A stretch of 31,423 bases of DNA, from IMG/VR virus record IMGVR_UViG_3300049141_000034, positions 1 to 31,423 of that record. The stretch is one strand, 5' to 3'. Source of the stretch: a virus (Duplodnaviria > Caudoviricetes). The notes under the pieces were generated by a model. That model saw nothing but the letters and a program-made list of their open reading frames with translations, searched no databases and was not told where the DNA came from. Both the position numbers and the translations under genes were made by a program. This document shows, piece after piece, positions 1 through 9,131 of the stretch. How positions within the stretch are numbered: the first letter of the stretch is position 1; every line of letters starts with the position of its first letter.

Positions 1-193
1 CCCTGGGGGGATATCCCCCTCCCGCGATCTTCAGGGATCGGGGCCGTATAGCACCTGACTGTCTGTACGGGTTTTCAAGGCCCCCGGCCCATCCGCTTAC
101 ACACCGTGCCCGCGCTCGCCCCGGTGGCGCGCCCGGCCGGCGCACCCATCTGCCCCGCGCGCCCCGGAGGCGTGCCTGACCCTGGAGGTCGCC

Positions 194-628
194 ATGGGCA
201 CTCGAGGACCCATACCGGAGCGCTCTGAAGCGCGCCGCCGACGCAATAAGGACGATGGACCCAAGCTGGCGCAGGCCGCGGCCGGCCCGCCGACCGATCT
301 TCCAGAGCTGCCGGAGCCGGATCCGCTGTGGCATCAGATCGCCACCGACTGGTACCTGTCCCTGCAGGAGTCGGGGCAGGCCGCCTTCTACGAGCCGTCG
401 GACTGGGCGATGGCCCGGTACGCGGCGGAACTCATGTCCCGTGGTCTCGCCTCGGACCGCCCGCCGAATGGGCAGTACGTGTCCGCGCTCGACAGCGTGA
501 TGGCTCGCCTGCTCACCACGGAGGGGGACCGGCGTCGGGCGCGCATCGAACTGGAGCGGAAGTCGGCCGGGCCGAAGCTGGCGTCGGTGAAGCCGCTGGA
601 TGCCTACCGTGACCTCGCGGGTGGCTGA
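194..628 (+). CDS. terS: Terminase small subunit
   Basis: GGAGG RBS; MGTRGPIP..R N-terminus and WY..L..SGQA.FY.PSDW motif typical of actinophage TerS; directly upstream of TerL. Confidence 0.85.
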   Translation: MGTRGPIPERSEARRRRNKDDGPKLAQAAAGPPTDLPELPEPDPLWHQIATDWYLSLQESGQAAFYEPSDWAMARYAAELMSRGLASDRPPNGQYVSALDSVMARLLTTEGDRRRARIELERKSAGPKLASVKPLDAYRDLAGG

Positions 629-2348
629 CGAGGCGGTCCCGGAGGTCGTCGAGCCGTTCACGATCGGGCCGACGTGGAAGCGCGGCCCGGATGGGCGGTT
701 CATCCTGCCCGAGTACACGCTGGGCTGGCACTGTCTGGCGTGGACGGCGACCTACCTGCAGCACTACGTCGGCAAGGCGTGGCAGTACACCCCGGAGCAG
801 GCGCGCCTGACGCTGTGGTGGTACGCGATGGATCCGGTGACGAACCGGTTCCTGTGGCGGGACGGGGTGTTGCAGCGGCTGAAGGGCTGGGGCAAGGACC
901 CGGTGAAGGCGACCTGGGCTGCGTTCGAGTTCGTGGGCCCGTGCCGCTTCGGCGGGATCGCGGACGAGGGCAACGAGTGGGGGGTGCCAGCTGGTCAGCC
1001 GCTGGGTGTGCAGCATCCGGCGGCGTGGGTGCAGATCGCCGCGGTTTCTCAGGATCAGACCCGCAACACGATGACGCTCTTCCCGAGCATCTTCACGAAG
1101 CGGGCACTCGAGGAGTACCGGATCGACCTCGGCAAGGAGATCATCTACGCCGACAAGGGCCGGGCCCGGATTGAGGCGGTCACGTCCTCGCCGCGGACGC
1201 TGGAAGGCGGTAGGCCCACGTTCGTGTCGATGGGGGAGACGCACCACTGGGTGGAGTCGAACCAGGGGCACGAGATGGCGGCGGTCATCGAGCGCAACGC
1301 GACCAAGAGCGCTGACGGGCAGGCCAGGACGCTGGCGGACACGAACGCCTACGAGCCGGGCGAGGATTCGGTGGCGGAGCGGACCCGGGAGGCGTTCGAA
1401 GCGGCGGCGTCCGGTCGGGCTGCGGACACGGGCTTGTTCTACGACTCGCTGGAGGCTCCGGCTGAGGCGAAGCTGACCGAGGCGTGGATCGAGCCGACAT
1501 TGCGGGCGGTCCGCGGGGATTCGGTATGGCTGGACATCGAGCGGTTGAAGGCGTCGATCCTCGACGTCCGCAATCCGCCGTCGCGGTCGCGGCGCTTCTG
1601 GTTCAACCAGATCGTGGCGGCGGAGGACGCGTTTCTCGCGCCGTATGAGTGGGACGCCTGCCGCCGCGAGGGTGCCGGGCTGCAGCCGGGCGACGAGATA
1701 GTCCTGTTCTTCGACGGCTCCAAGTCGGACGACGCCACCGGCTTGGCCGCGTGCCGCATGTCGGACGGCTTCGTCACGGCGCTGGGTGTGTGGCAGCGGC
1801 CGGCGAACTGGCCGCAGGACGTGCCGTGGCGGGTGCCGCGCGAGGAGGTCGACGGCCTGGTGGACCAGGTGTTCGCCGACTACCGGCCGATCGCGTTCTT
1901 CGCCGACCCGGGCGCCGGCCACGACGATGCCGACGGCGAACGCTACTGGGACGGCTACATCGACGCCTGGGCGCAGCGGTATGGGAAGCGGCTGAAGCTG
2001 AAGGCGGTGGTGTCCGGCACGAACCGGCATGCGGTGCTGTGGGACATGCGAGACCGGCGCCGGCAGCAGGCGTTCACGGAGGCCGTGGATCGCTTCTACC
2101 GGGACGTCCTCGAGCGGCAGTTTGCCCATGACGGGCACAGGGTGCTGCGGCAGCACGTGGCGAACGCGCGGCGCCGCACGAACCAGTGGGGTTACACGAT
2201 CGGTAAGGAACACCGAGAGTCGGCACGCAAGGTCGACTTGGCGGTGTGCGCGATCGGGGCGCGGATGCTGCGTCGGATGATGCTCAACTCGACGGTCTGG
2301 GCGAAGCGTGGCCGGCCAGGTAAGGGAAGGGTGGTGGTGCTGCGATGA
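621..2348 (+). CDS. terL: Terminase large subunit (probable GTG start at 621; ORF open from 600)
   Basis: Walker A-like RLKGWGKD, VQIAAVSQDQT motif, RuvC-like nuclease FFDGSKSDDAT, C-terminal KVDLAV. Confidence 0.95.
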   Translation: MADEAVPEVVEPFTIGPTWKRGPDGRFILPEYTLGWHCLAWTATYLQHYVGKAWQYTPEQARLTLWWYAMDPVTNRFLWRDGVLQRLKGWGKDPVKATWAAFEFVGPCRFGGIADEGNEWGVPAGQPLGVQHPAAWVQIAAVSQDQTRNTMTLFPSIFTKRALEEYRIDLGKEIIYADKGRARIEAVTSSPRTLEGGRPTFVSMGETHHWVESNQGHEMAAVIERNATKSADGQARTLADTNAYEPGEDSVAERTREAFEAAASGRAADTGLFYDSLEAPAEAKLTEAWIEPTLRAVRGDSVWLDIERLKASILDVRNPPSRSRRFWFNQIVAAEDAFLAPYEWDACRREGAGLQPGDEIVLFFDGSKSDDATGLAACRMSDGFVTALGVWQRPANWPQDVPWRVPREEVDGLVDQVFADYRPIAFFADPGAGHDDADGERYWDGYIDAWAQRYGKRLKLKAVVSGTNRHAVLWDMRDRRRQQAFTEAVDRFYRDVLERQFAHDGHRVLRQHVANARRRTNQWGYTIGKEHRESARKVDLAVCAIGARMLRRMMLNSTVWAKRGRPGKGRVVVLR

Positions 2349-3778
2349 CCATGACCATCCCTGAACTGCCGCTGTTGTCGCTGTCGGACGACGAGCGGAA
2401 CCTGCTGACGGCGCTGCGCTCGGATCTGCTGTCGCATCGCTTCAAGCTGGAGCTGCTCGACAGCTACTTCAACGGCGAGCAGATCATCCGCGACCTGGGT
2501 ATCTCCATCCCTCCGCAGCTCAAGGGCCTGCACACGGTGATTGGCTGGCCGCGGATCGGTGTCGAGGCCCTTGAACAGCGCCTCGACCTCGAAGCGTTCC
2601 GCTGGGCAGATGGCTCGGCCCCGGACGATCTGGAGGAGATTGCCGAGTCGAACGACCTGTACGACGAGGCGTCGCTGGCGCACCTGGACGCGCTGACTTA
2701 CGGCCGCGAGTACGTTGCGGTCGGGTCCGGCGAAGAGGGCGATCCGCCGCTGATCACGTTCGAGTCGCCGTTGGACATGACGATGTTCTGGGATGCGCGC
2801 TTGCGGATCGCGACGGCGGCCCTCCGGGAGTCGGTCGAGGACGGGGTGCGGATCGCGACCCTGTATCTGCCGGATCAGACGGTGTACGCCGCCGAGGTGG
2901 ACGGGGGCTGGGAGGTCTTCGACCGGGACATCCACAACCTGGGCATGGTGCCGGTGCTGCGGATGGCGAACCGGCAGCGCACCGCGGACCGGATCGGGAA
3001 GTCGGAGATCACGCCGGAGGTCATGTCGATCACGGATGCGGCCTGCCGGCGCCTGATGGGCATCGAGGTGCAGGCCGAGTTCTTCGGCGCCCCGCAGCGC
3101 TACATCCTCGGCGCGTCGGAGTCGGCGTTCCAGGACGCAGAGGGTAACGCCAAGAGCGCCTGGGAGACGTACATCGGGCGTGTGCTGGCGCTGGAGCGGG
3201 ACGAGGACGGCAACGTTCCGACGGTGGGCGCGTTCACCGCCCACGACCCGTCCGGCCAAACAAAGATCATCGACTTGTATGCGCGGATCATGTCGTCGCA
3301 GCTGTCGGTGCCGCCCCACATGCTCGGCTACACCAGCGACAACCCGGCGTCGGCGGACGCGATCCGTTCCGCTGAGGGCGCGCTGGTCAAGAAGGCCGAG
3401 CGCAGGATCCGGCGCTTCAGCGCGACGCACCGGGACGCGATGCGGCTCGCGCTGTGGTTCCGTGACGGTGAGCCGCCGCCGAAGGAGCGCCGCATCGAAT
3501 GCGTGTGGCGCAACCCGGCAACACCGACGATTGCCGCCCAGACGGATGCCGCGGTGAAACTGGCCCAGGCCGGCATCATCCCGAAGGACTCGGATGTCCT
3601 GCTGGAGATGGCAGGCCTCACCGAGGAACAGCGCCGCCGAGTCGCGGCAGACCGGCGGAGGAACGCCGGCGCAGCGGCCAGCGGTCAGCTCATGGAGCGC
3701 CTGGCGGCCCTGAGTGACCAGAACGCCGAGCTCCCCGCTACTGCGGAGGTGACCGGTGGCGACAACGGTCTCGGATAG
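2345..3778 (+). CDS. Portal protein (SPP1 gp6-like)
   Basis: 477 aa following TerL; GWPRIGV, GKSEIT, AEFFGAPQRYILG and NPASADAI motifs. Confidence 0.93.
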   Translation: MTMTIPELPLLSLSDDERNLLTALRSDLLSHRFKLELLDSYFNGEQIIRDLGISIPPQLKGLHTVIGWPRIGVEALEQRLDLEAFRWADGSAPDDLEEIAESNDLYDEASLAHLDALTYGREYVAVGSGEEGDPPLITFESPLDMTMFWDARLRIATAALRESVEDGVRIATLYLPDQTVYAAEVDGGWEVFDRDIHNLGMVPVLRMANRQRTADRIGKSEITPEVMSITDAACRRLMGIEVQAEFFGAPQRYILGASESAFQDAEGNAKSAWETYIGRVLALERDEDGNVPTVGAFTAHDPSGQTKIIDLYARIMSSQLSVPPHMLGYTSDNPASADAIRSAEGALVKKAERRIRRFSATHRDAMRLALWFRDGEPPPKERRIECVWRNPATPTIAAQTDAAVKLAQAGIIPKDSDVLLEMAGLTEEQRRRVAADRRRNAGAAASGQLMERLAALSDQNAELPATAEVTGGDNGLG

Positions 3779-4535
3779 CGGAGAGGACGCCAACCGCTAC
3801 CGGGCCGCACAGATCGGGCTCACGCGGCTGCTGGTGCGGGATGTTCGCGACCTGCGACGGCTGATCCTGCCGTCGAGACTGCGCGAGAGCATCCCGGACT
3901 GGCTGACAGCGATGAACGCGGTGATCGAGCAGTACGCCCGCACCTCGGCTCTACTGGCCGCCGACTTTTACGACGGTCAGCGTGAGGCCGCCCGCGTGCC
4001 GGGGACGTTCACGGCCCCGCTGTCGGATCCGCCGCCGCCGGAGCAGACGGAGGCCTCGCTGCGCTGGGCCACGAAGGATCTGTGGCCGCGGGATCTGGAT
4101 GACCCTGCGACGACGGAGGCTCAGCGTCAGCCGATGGATGTGCGGCTGTCCGCGGCCGAGGTGAAGGCCGAGCAGGTGGCGCAGAAGCTCGTCACCGACA
4201 CCGGACGAGGCACTGTCCGGGAGGCGGTGCGGCAGGACCGACAGGCCACAGCCTGGGCGCGTTCGGCGGCGCGGGGCGCGTGCGCGTTCTGCAAGCTGCT
4301 GGCCGCCCGAGGAGCGGTGTACGAGAAGGACACGGCGGATTTCCGGGCGCACGACGGCTGTCACTGCGGCGTGGTCCCGGTGTTCAGGGGGCAGCGCTTC
4401 GAGCTGTCTCCGCATGCGCGTGAGTGGGAGCGCATCTACCGCGAGTACGCGGCAGGCCACTCCGGCGACCAGCTGCGCCTGTTTCGGCGGGCGCTCGCCG
4501 AGCACGACAGCAACCCGCTGCCGGGCTCGAACTGA
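3756..4535 (+). CDS. MuF-like minor capsid / head maturation protein
   Basis: Between portal and scaffold; ACAFCKLLAARG...HDGCHC Cys/His motif. Confidence 0.75.
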   Translation: MATTVSDSGEDANRYRAAQIGLTRLLVRDVRDLRRLILPSRLRESIPDWLTAMNAVIEQYARTSALLAADFYDGQREAARVPGTFTAPLSDPPPPEQTEASLRWATKDLWPRDLDDPATTEAQRQPMDVRLSAAEVKAEQVAQKLVTDTGRGTVREAVRQDRQATAWARSAARGACAFCKLLAARGAVYEKDTADFRAHDGCHCGVVPVFRGQRFELSPHAREWERIYREYAAGHSGDQLRLFRRALAEHDSNPLPGSN

Positions 4536-4593
4536 CCAACCCCCTGGCTGCCCTGGAGGCGGCCTTTCTCAGCCCCTGGAGGGCCACTTCACC

Positions 4594-5184
4594 ATGCCCG
4601 AGAACGAGGAAACCGAGCAGGTTGAGACGGAACCGCAGGAGTCCGCCACCGCCCTGGAGGCGGAGGGATCCGAAGAGGAGCCGTTCGACCGGAAGCGCGC
4701 CGAGGCCGCCCTCAAGAAGAAGAACTCCGAGGCGGAGAACCTGCGCAAGCGCCTGAGGGAACTGGAGCCTCTCGCGAAGAGGGCGAAGGAGCTGGAGGAC
4801 GCACAGAAGTCGGAGCAGGAGCGGCTCGCCGAGCAGCTCACCGCGGCGACGCAGCGTGTCCAGGTGTTCCAGCAGCGCGCGGTGCGCGCGGAGGTCCGGG
4901 CTCTGGCAGCGGACGGGTTCGCCGACCCGGACGACGCGCACGCCTTTCTGGACCTGGAGTCGTTCATCGCCGACGACGGCGACATCGACAGCGACGGCAT
5001 CCGTAAGGAACTCGCCGAACTCCTGAAGCGCAAGCCGCACCTGGCGAAGCCGGCCGACATGTCCCCGCGCGTTCCGAAGGCGGACCGCACACAAGGCTCC
5101 TCGGGCAACGGCAACCGAACCCCCAACGACCCGGGCGAGGAGTTCGCCGGGTTCATGAACCGGGCCCTCACACGGGGCCGCTGA
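4594..5184 (+). CDS. Capsid scaffolding protein
   Basis: ATG at 4594 after GGAGG; acidic N-terminus, coiled coil, KPHLA motif; precedes capsid. Confidence 0.85.
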   Translation: MPENEETEQVETEPQESATALEAEGSEEEPFDRKRAEAALKKKNSEAENLRKRLRELEPLAKRAKELEDAQKSEQERLAEQLTAATQRVQVFQQRAVRAEVRALAADGFADPDDAHAFLDLESFIADDGDIDSDGIRKELAELLKRKPHLAKPADMSPRVPKADRTQGSSGNGNRTPNDPGEEFAGFMNRALTRGR

Positions 5185-5199
5185 GAAAGGTAGCCCCCA

Positions 5200-6165
5200 A
5201 TGGTGGCAACGCCCCCCATCAAGCTCTCGGACGTCGACTCGACGTTCCTGCCGCCCACCCTGGTGGGCCCCATCTTCGAGAAGTCTGTCGAGGCCAGCGC
5301 GGTGATGTCGCTGGCAAAGCGGGTGCCGCTGTCGATGACCGCGCAGACCTCGGTGCCGGTGCCGCTGGACGTGCCGACCGCCGACTGGGTGTCCGAGGGC
5401 GGACGCAAGCCGATCTCGACTGGCGGCGTGGACGTCAAGCACATGAGCGGCAAGAAGATCGCTGTGCTCATCCCTGTGTCCATGGAGGTCGCCCAGTCCA
5501 ACGCGGCCGGCCTGTGGTCGCAGCTCCAGCGGGACCTCCCGACCGCCTTCGCCCGGGCCTTCGACCACGCGGCGATCCACGGCCTGACGATGAAGGGCGC
5601 CACCGGGCCCTTCGCGGACTTCCTCGGAGACACCTCCAAGGAGGTCGTCCTCGGCACCACCTCGCAGGCCAACGGCGGCATCTGGACCGACTTCGTCAAC
5701 GGCATGGAACTGCTGATCGACGACGACTGGGACTTTACCGGCACCGTCGCCGACAACCGCGTCAAGCCCAAGCTGCTCAAGGCCACCAGCACGACCGGTG
5801 AGCCGCTGTTCGTGGACACCCGATCCTCGGCAGCCACCAGCCCCGGCCAGGCGCTGCAGGGTGAGCTGCTCGGCGAGCCGCTGGCCTACTCGCGGAGCGT
5901 GTCGGGCAAGCAGCGCCGCCAGTCCACCTCCGTCGACTCGGGCCTGCGTGCGATCGGCGGCGACTGGTCCCAGGCTGCGTTCGGTGTCGGCATGGACATC
6001 ACGGTGAAGATCTCCCGCGACGCGACCTACATCGACGAGGACGGCGGCGTCCACTCGGCGTTCCAGGAGAACCTGGTGCTTCTCCTGGCGGAGGCCTACT
6101 ACGGCTTCGTCCTCGGCGACGAGGAGGCGTTCGTCAGGTACGTGGCGACCGCGGGAGCGTCGTGA
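5200..6165 (+). CDS. Major capsid protein (HK97 fold)
   Basis: 321 aa; ADWVSEG..KP, KKIAVLIPVS.E, GGDWSQ and FQENLV.L.AEA.YGF motifs. Confidence 0.93.
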   Translation: MVATPPIKLSDVDSTFLPPTLVGPIFEKSVEASAVMSLAKRVPLSMTAQTSVPVPLDVPTADWVSEGGRKPISTGGVDVKHMSGKKIAVLIPVSMEVAQSNAAGLWSQLQRDLPTAFARAFDHAAIHGLTMKGATGPFADFLGDTSKEVVLGTTSQANGGIWTDFVNGMELLIDDDWDFTGTVADNRVKPKLLKATSTTGEPLFVDTRSSAATSPGQALQGELLGEPLAYSRSVSGKQRRQSTSVDSGLRAIGGDWSQAAFGVGMDITVKISRDATYIDEDGGVHSAFQENLVLLLAEAYYGFVLGDEEAFVRYVATAGAS

Positions 6166-7196
6166 GCAAGCCACCGGCGGGTGGGGGCAGCCGGGCGACG
6201 GGGCTTCGGATCGTCGCCCGGCTGCACGCAGCCCCGCCCCGGCACAACGCCGGCGCCGAGTGGATGGCCTGGAGCATGTTCCGGGCCCTGGTGGACCGCG
6301 GCCATGACGTGTCGGTGTGGCTGTCCAGGTACTCGGGCGATCGCGACCCGTATGAGCTGCACGGCGTGCGGGTCATCCCGCTGGCGGCCCGCCTGGACTT
6401 CGCCTCACAGATCAAGTCCGCCGACGTGCTGGTGTCGCATCTGGAGAACGTGCCGTCCGTGGCGTCCCTGGCGCGCGGCTACGGCAAGCCGTTCGTGGCG
6501 ATCTGCCACAACACCTTCACGCCGACGTTCCGAAACATCGCCTCCGGCGGGTGCAGGCTCGCCGTGTACAACTCGCAGTGGATGGCCCGCGAGGCGGAGT
6601 TGTACTTCGCGGAGTACCCGAAGAGCGTGCGCCCGGCGGACAGTCTGATCGTGCGGCCCCCGGTGTTCGCCAGGGACTACGCGACGAGGCGGCGCGGCTC
6701 CCACATCACGCTCATCAACTGCAACGAGGCAAAGGGCGGTCAGCTGTTCCGCGAGCTGGCCAAGCGCATGCCGGACGCGAAGTTCCTCGCGGTGAAGGGC
6801 TCCTACGGGGAACAGGCCGACTACACCGGCCTGGACAACGTGGAGGTCGTCGAGCATGTCCCCGGCGACCAGATGCGGGAGCGGGTGTACGCCCGCACCA
6901 GGGTGCTGCTGATGCCGTCCAGCTACGAAAGCTGGGGCCGGGCGGGCGTGGAGGCCATGGCCTCCGGGATCCCCGTGGTCGCGCATCCCACGCCGGGCCT
7001 GTGCGAGTCCCTCGGCGAGGCAGGCATTTTCCTGGATCGGAGCGATCCGCAGGCGTGGGTGACGGTGCTCGGCAAGCTCGCCGAGGCGGACGAGTACCGG
7101 CTGGCGTCGAAGCGCGCGAAGGCACGGTCTACGGAACTGAACCCGACCGCCGAACTGGCCGCCTGGTGTGACGCCGTGGAGGCCCTGCGCACGTAG
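6162..7196 (+). CDS. Glycosyltransferase (GT-B fold, GT4-like)
   Basis: N-terminal HNAGAE...L..RGHDV and C-terminal LMPSSYESWGRAGVEAMASGIPVV (EX7E) signature; GTG overlaps the capsid TGA. Confidence 0.9.
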   Translation: MSKPPAGGGSRATGLRIVARLHAAPPRHNAGAEWMAWSMFRALVDRGHDVSVWLSRYSGDRDPYELHGVRVIPLAARLDFASQIKSADVLVSHLENVPSVASLARGYGKPFVAICHNTFTPTFRNIASGGCRLAVYNSQWMAREAELYFAEYPKSVRPADSLIVRPPVFARDYATRRRGSHITLINCNEAKGGQLFRELAKRMPDAKFLAVKGSYGEQADYTGLDNVEVVEHVPGDQMRERVYARTRVLLMPSSYESWGRAGVEAMASGIPVVAHPTPGLCESLGEAGIFLDRSDPQAWVTVLGKLAEADEYRLASKRAKARSTELNPTAELAAWCDAVEALRT

Positions 7197-7205
7197 GAGG
7201 CCGTC

Positions 7206-7622
7206 ATGCCGTTCGTTGCGCCAACCGCCGAACAACTCGGTCTGTTCCTGGACCTGTCGGAGATCAACGGGGACCGCGCTGATCTGCTCCTCGAGCAGGC
7301 GGTCGCCCTCTGTGAAACGGTGGTGAAGCCGCTGCCCGAGGGGGCGACCGCAGTTGTCCTGTCGGTAGCGGGGCGCGCCTACGTCAACCCGCAACAGGTC
7401 TCCTACGAGACCATCGGCCCCATGTCCGTCCAGCGACCCCAGGGCTCCGGCGGCCTGTACCTCACCAAGAGCGACAAGACCGCCCTGAAGTCCCTCGCGG
7501 GCCGCGGTGGAGCGTTCACGGTCGATCCGACGCCAGCTACCGCGGATCCGTCCCCGACCTATCCAATCGACGACGACTACGGGCCGCCGCTCGAATACGA
7601 ACCGGGCTGGGGGTGGGTGTAG
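7206..7622 (+). CDS. Head-to-tail adaptor
   Basis: AGGAGG RBS; RAYVNP...ETIGP.S...GLYLT motif; position. Confidence 0.8.
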   Translation: MPFVAPTAEQLGLFLDLSEINGDRADLLLEQAVALCETVVKPLPEGATAVVLSVAGRAYVNPQQVSYETIGPMSVQRPQGSGGLYLTKSDKTALKSLAGRGGAFTVDPTPATADPSPTYPIDDDYGPPLEYEPGWGWV

Positions 7623-7985
7623 GTGCCCGCCCCGTACCCGTTCGGGGAGACGGTGCGGATCCTGCGCACTGGCCCGTCGCCCGGCCGAGACGACCGCGGG
7701 CAGCCACTGCCGGGGCCGGACGAGTCGTTCGACGTCCCCGGCTGCGTCGTGACGCCCCGGGAGCAATCACCTCAGGTCGGCGGCTCGGACCAACAGGGGC
7801 GCGACACGGTCGTCGTCGGCTGGACGGTGTACGCGCCTGCGGGCACCGTGCTGCGCACAACAGACCGAGCCCGTGTTCGTGGCGTCGTCTGCGAGATCAC
7901 AGGCGAGCCGGGGGACTGGGGTCGCAATCCGTTCACCGGCACCCGGGGGCCGGTGCAGTTCGCGGCGGACCGGGTGACTGGCTAG
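7623..7985 (+). CDS. Head-to-tail stopper
   Basis: GETV.ILR...D..G, VYAP, DR..VRG and EITGEP.DW motifs; position. Confidence 0.75.
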   Translation: MPAPYPFGETVRILRTGPSPGRDDRGQPLPGPDESFDVPGCVVTPREQSPQVGGSDQQGRDTVVVGWTVYAPAGTVLRTTDRARVRGVVCEITGEPGDWGRNPFTGTRGPVQFAADRVTG

Positions 7986-8302
7986 CGGCGGCCTTGCTCG
8001 ACAGCGGCAATGAGCTTCTCCGCGGCGTTGTTGTGCTTGCGCCGGATGGACAGGCTGTGCGGGTCCTCGTAGGGCGGCCGCCCTCCCAGGAAGACGCCCC
8101 GCTTTTCGGTGGCCGGGAGGCTGCCGGGCAGCACGAACTGGACGTAGCCGTGGAAGAGCCAGTTGCCGGGCTTGAAGCGGGTTCCGGTGATGTCGGCTGC
8201 CCGGATCCGCACGGGTGCGGGCCGCTGTCCAGACGCCGTCTTCGTGATGGTGATCCATTCGCCGTCGAAGCTGACGGTGCCGAGTACGCCCTTGACGTCC
8301 AT
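7982..8302 (-). CDS. DUF4429-like (bacterial PH-like) protein, antisense insert in the structural operon
   Basis: GTVSFDGEWITI and FKP...GYVQF motifs; fills the gap between the stopper and the next gene; GGGGGG RBS. Confidence 0.7.
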   Translation of the reverse strand: MDVKGVLGTVSFDGEWITITKTASGQRPAPVRIRAADITGTRFKPGNWLFHGYVQFVLPGSLPATEKRGVFLGGRPPYEDPHSLSIRRKHNNAAEKLIAAVEQGRR

Positions 8303-8334
8303 GTCTACCCCCCAAGATGTGAGGAGTTGAGGGT

Positions 8335-8661
8335 ATGGCAGCGCGCTTCAAGATGTCCCGGAAAGGCGTGGGGCAGATGCTGCGGTCGGAGATGATCCGG
8401 GCCGACATGGTTCGCCGCGCCCACGAGATCGAGGCAGCCGCGGTCGCGATCTCCCCTGTCGGAGGCGGCAGTGATCCGCACCCGGGCCAGTACAAGTCGA
8501 GCTGGGGCGTGACCAGCACGAAGCGCGGCGGCAGACGGAGGGACCGGGCGACGGCGACGGTACGCAACACCGCCTACTACGCCCGCTGGGTGGAGTACGG
8601 CACTGAGCGCGTCCCCGCCCACCACGTGACCTTGCGGGCTGCTGCTGCCGGGGGCGGCTGA
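8335..8661 (+). CDS. Neck/tail completion protein (HK97 gp10-like)
   Basis: PGQYKSSW and YARWVEYGT motifs; position. Confidence 0.7.
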   Translation: MAARFKMSRKGVGQMLRSEMIRADMVRRAHEIEAAAVAISPVGGGSDPHPGQYKSSWGVTSTKRGGRRRDRATATVRNTAYYARWVEYGTERVPAHHVTLRAAAAGGG

Positions 8662-9059
8662 TGGCCCCGGTCGGCTCGGTCGACGTTGAGCTCGAGGTGA
8701 TGAAGTGGCTGCGGCCACGCCTCGACTCGGATGTCGTCGTGCGGGACGAACTCGACAACAACCTGCTCGACGAGCTGCCCACGGTGCAGGTGCAGCGGAT
8801 CCCGGCCGGCGGCGACGACGGCATCCGCCTCGACCGGGCATTCGTCGACATCGACGTATACGCGGCCACCCGAGCTGACGCGATCGCCCTGTCCGCGACG
8901 ATCCGCGGCCTGCTGCTCGGTGAACTGCGCGGCTCTGCCACGGACGTGGCTGTGTTCAGCCGAGTGGGCACGATCAGCCCACCCGCGATCCGCCCCTATG
9001 AAAACACCGGACTGCGCCGTGTCGGCGCCACCTACGAGATCTACAGCCACCCGGCCTGA
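8661..9059 (+). CDS. Tail terminator
   Basis: LPTVQVQRI.GG.D and VDIDVYA motifs; immediately before major tail. Confidence 0.75.
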   Translation: MAPVGSVDVELEVMKWLRPRLDSDVVVRDELDNNLLDELPTVQVQRIPAGGDDGIRLDRAFVDIDVYAATRADAIALSATIRGLLLGELRGSATDVAVFSRVGTISPPAIRPYENTGLRRVGATYEIYSHPA

Positions 9060-9131
9060 CCGGGGGCCGGGCCCGCGCCGGACCCTCACCACCCGCCCGA
9101 GCGCGGGCTCTTCCATGTCTGGAGACATCTC

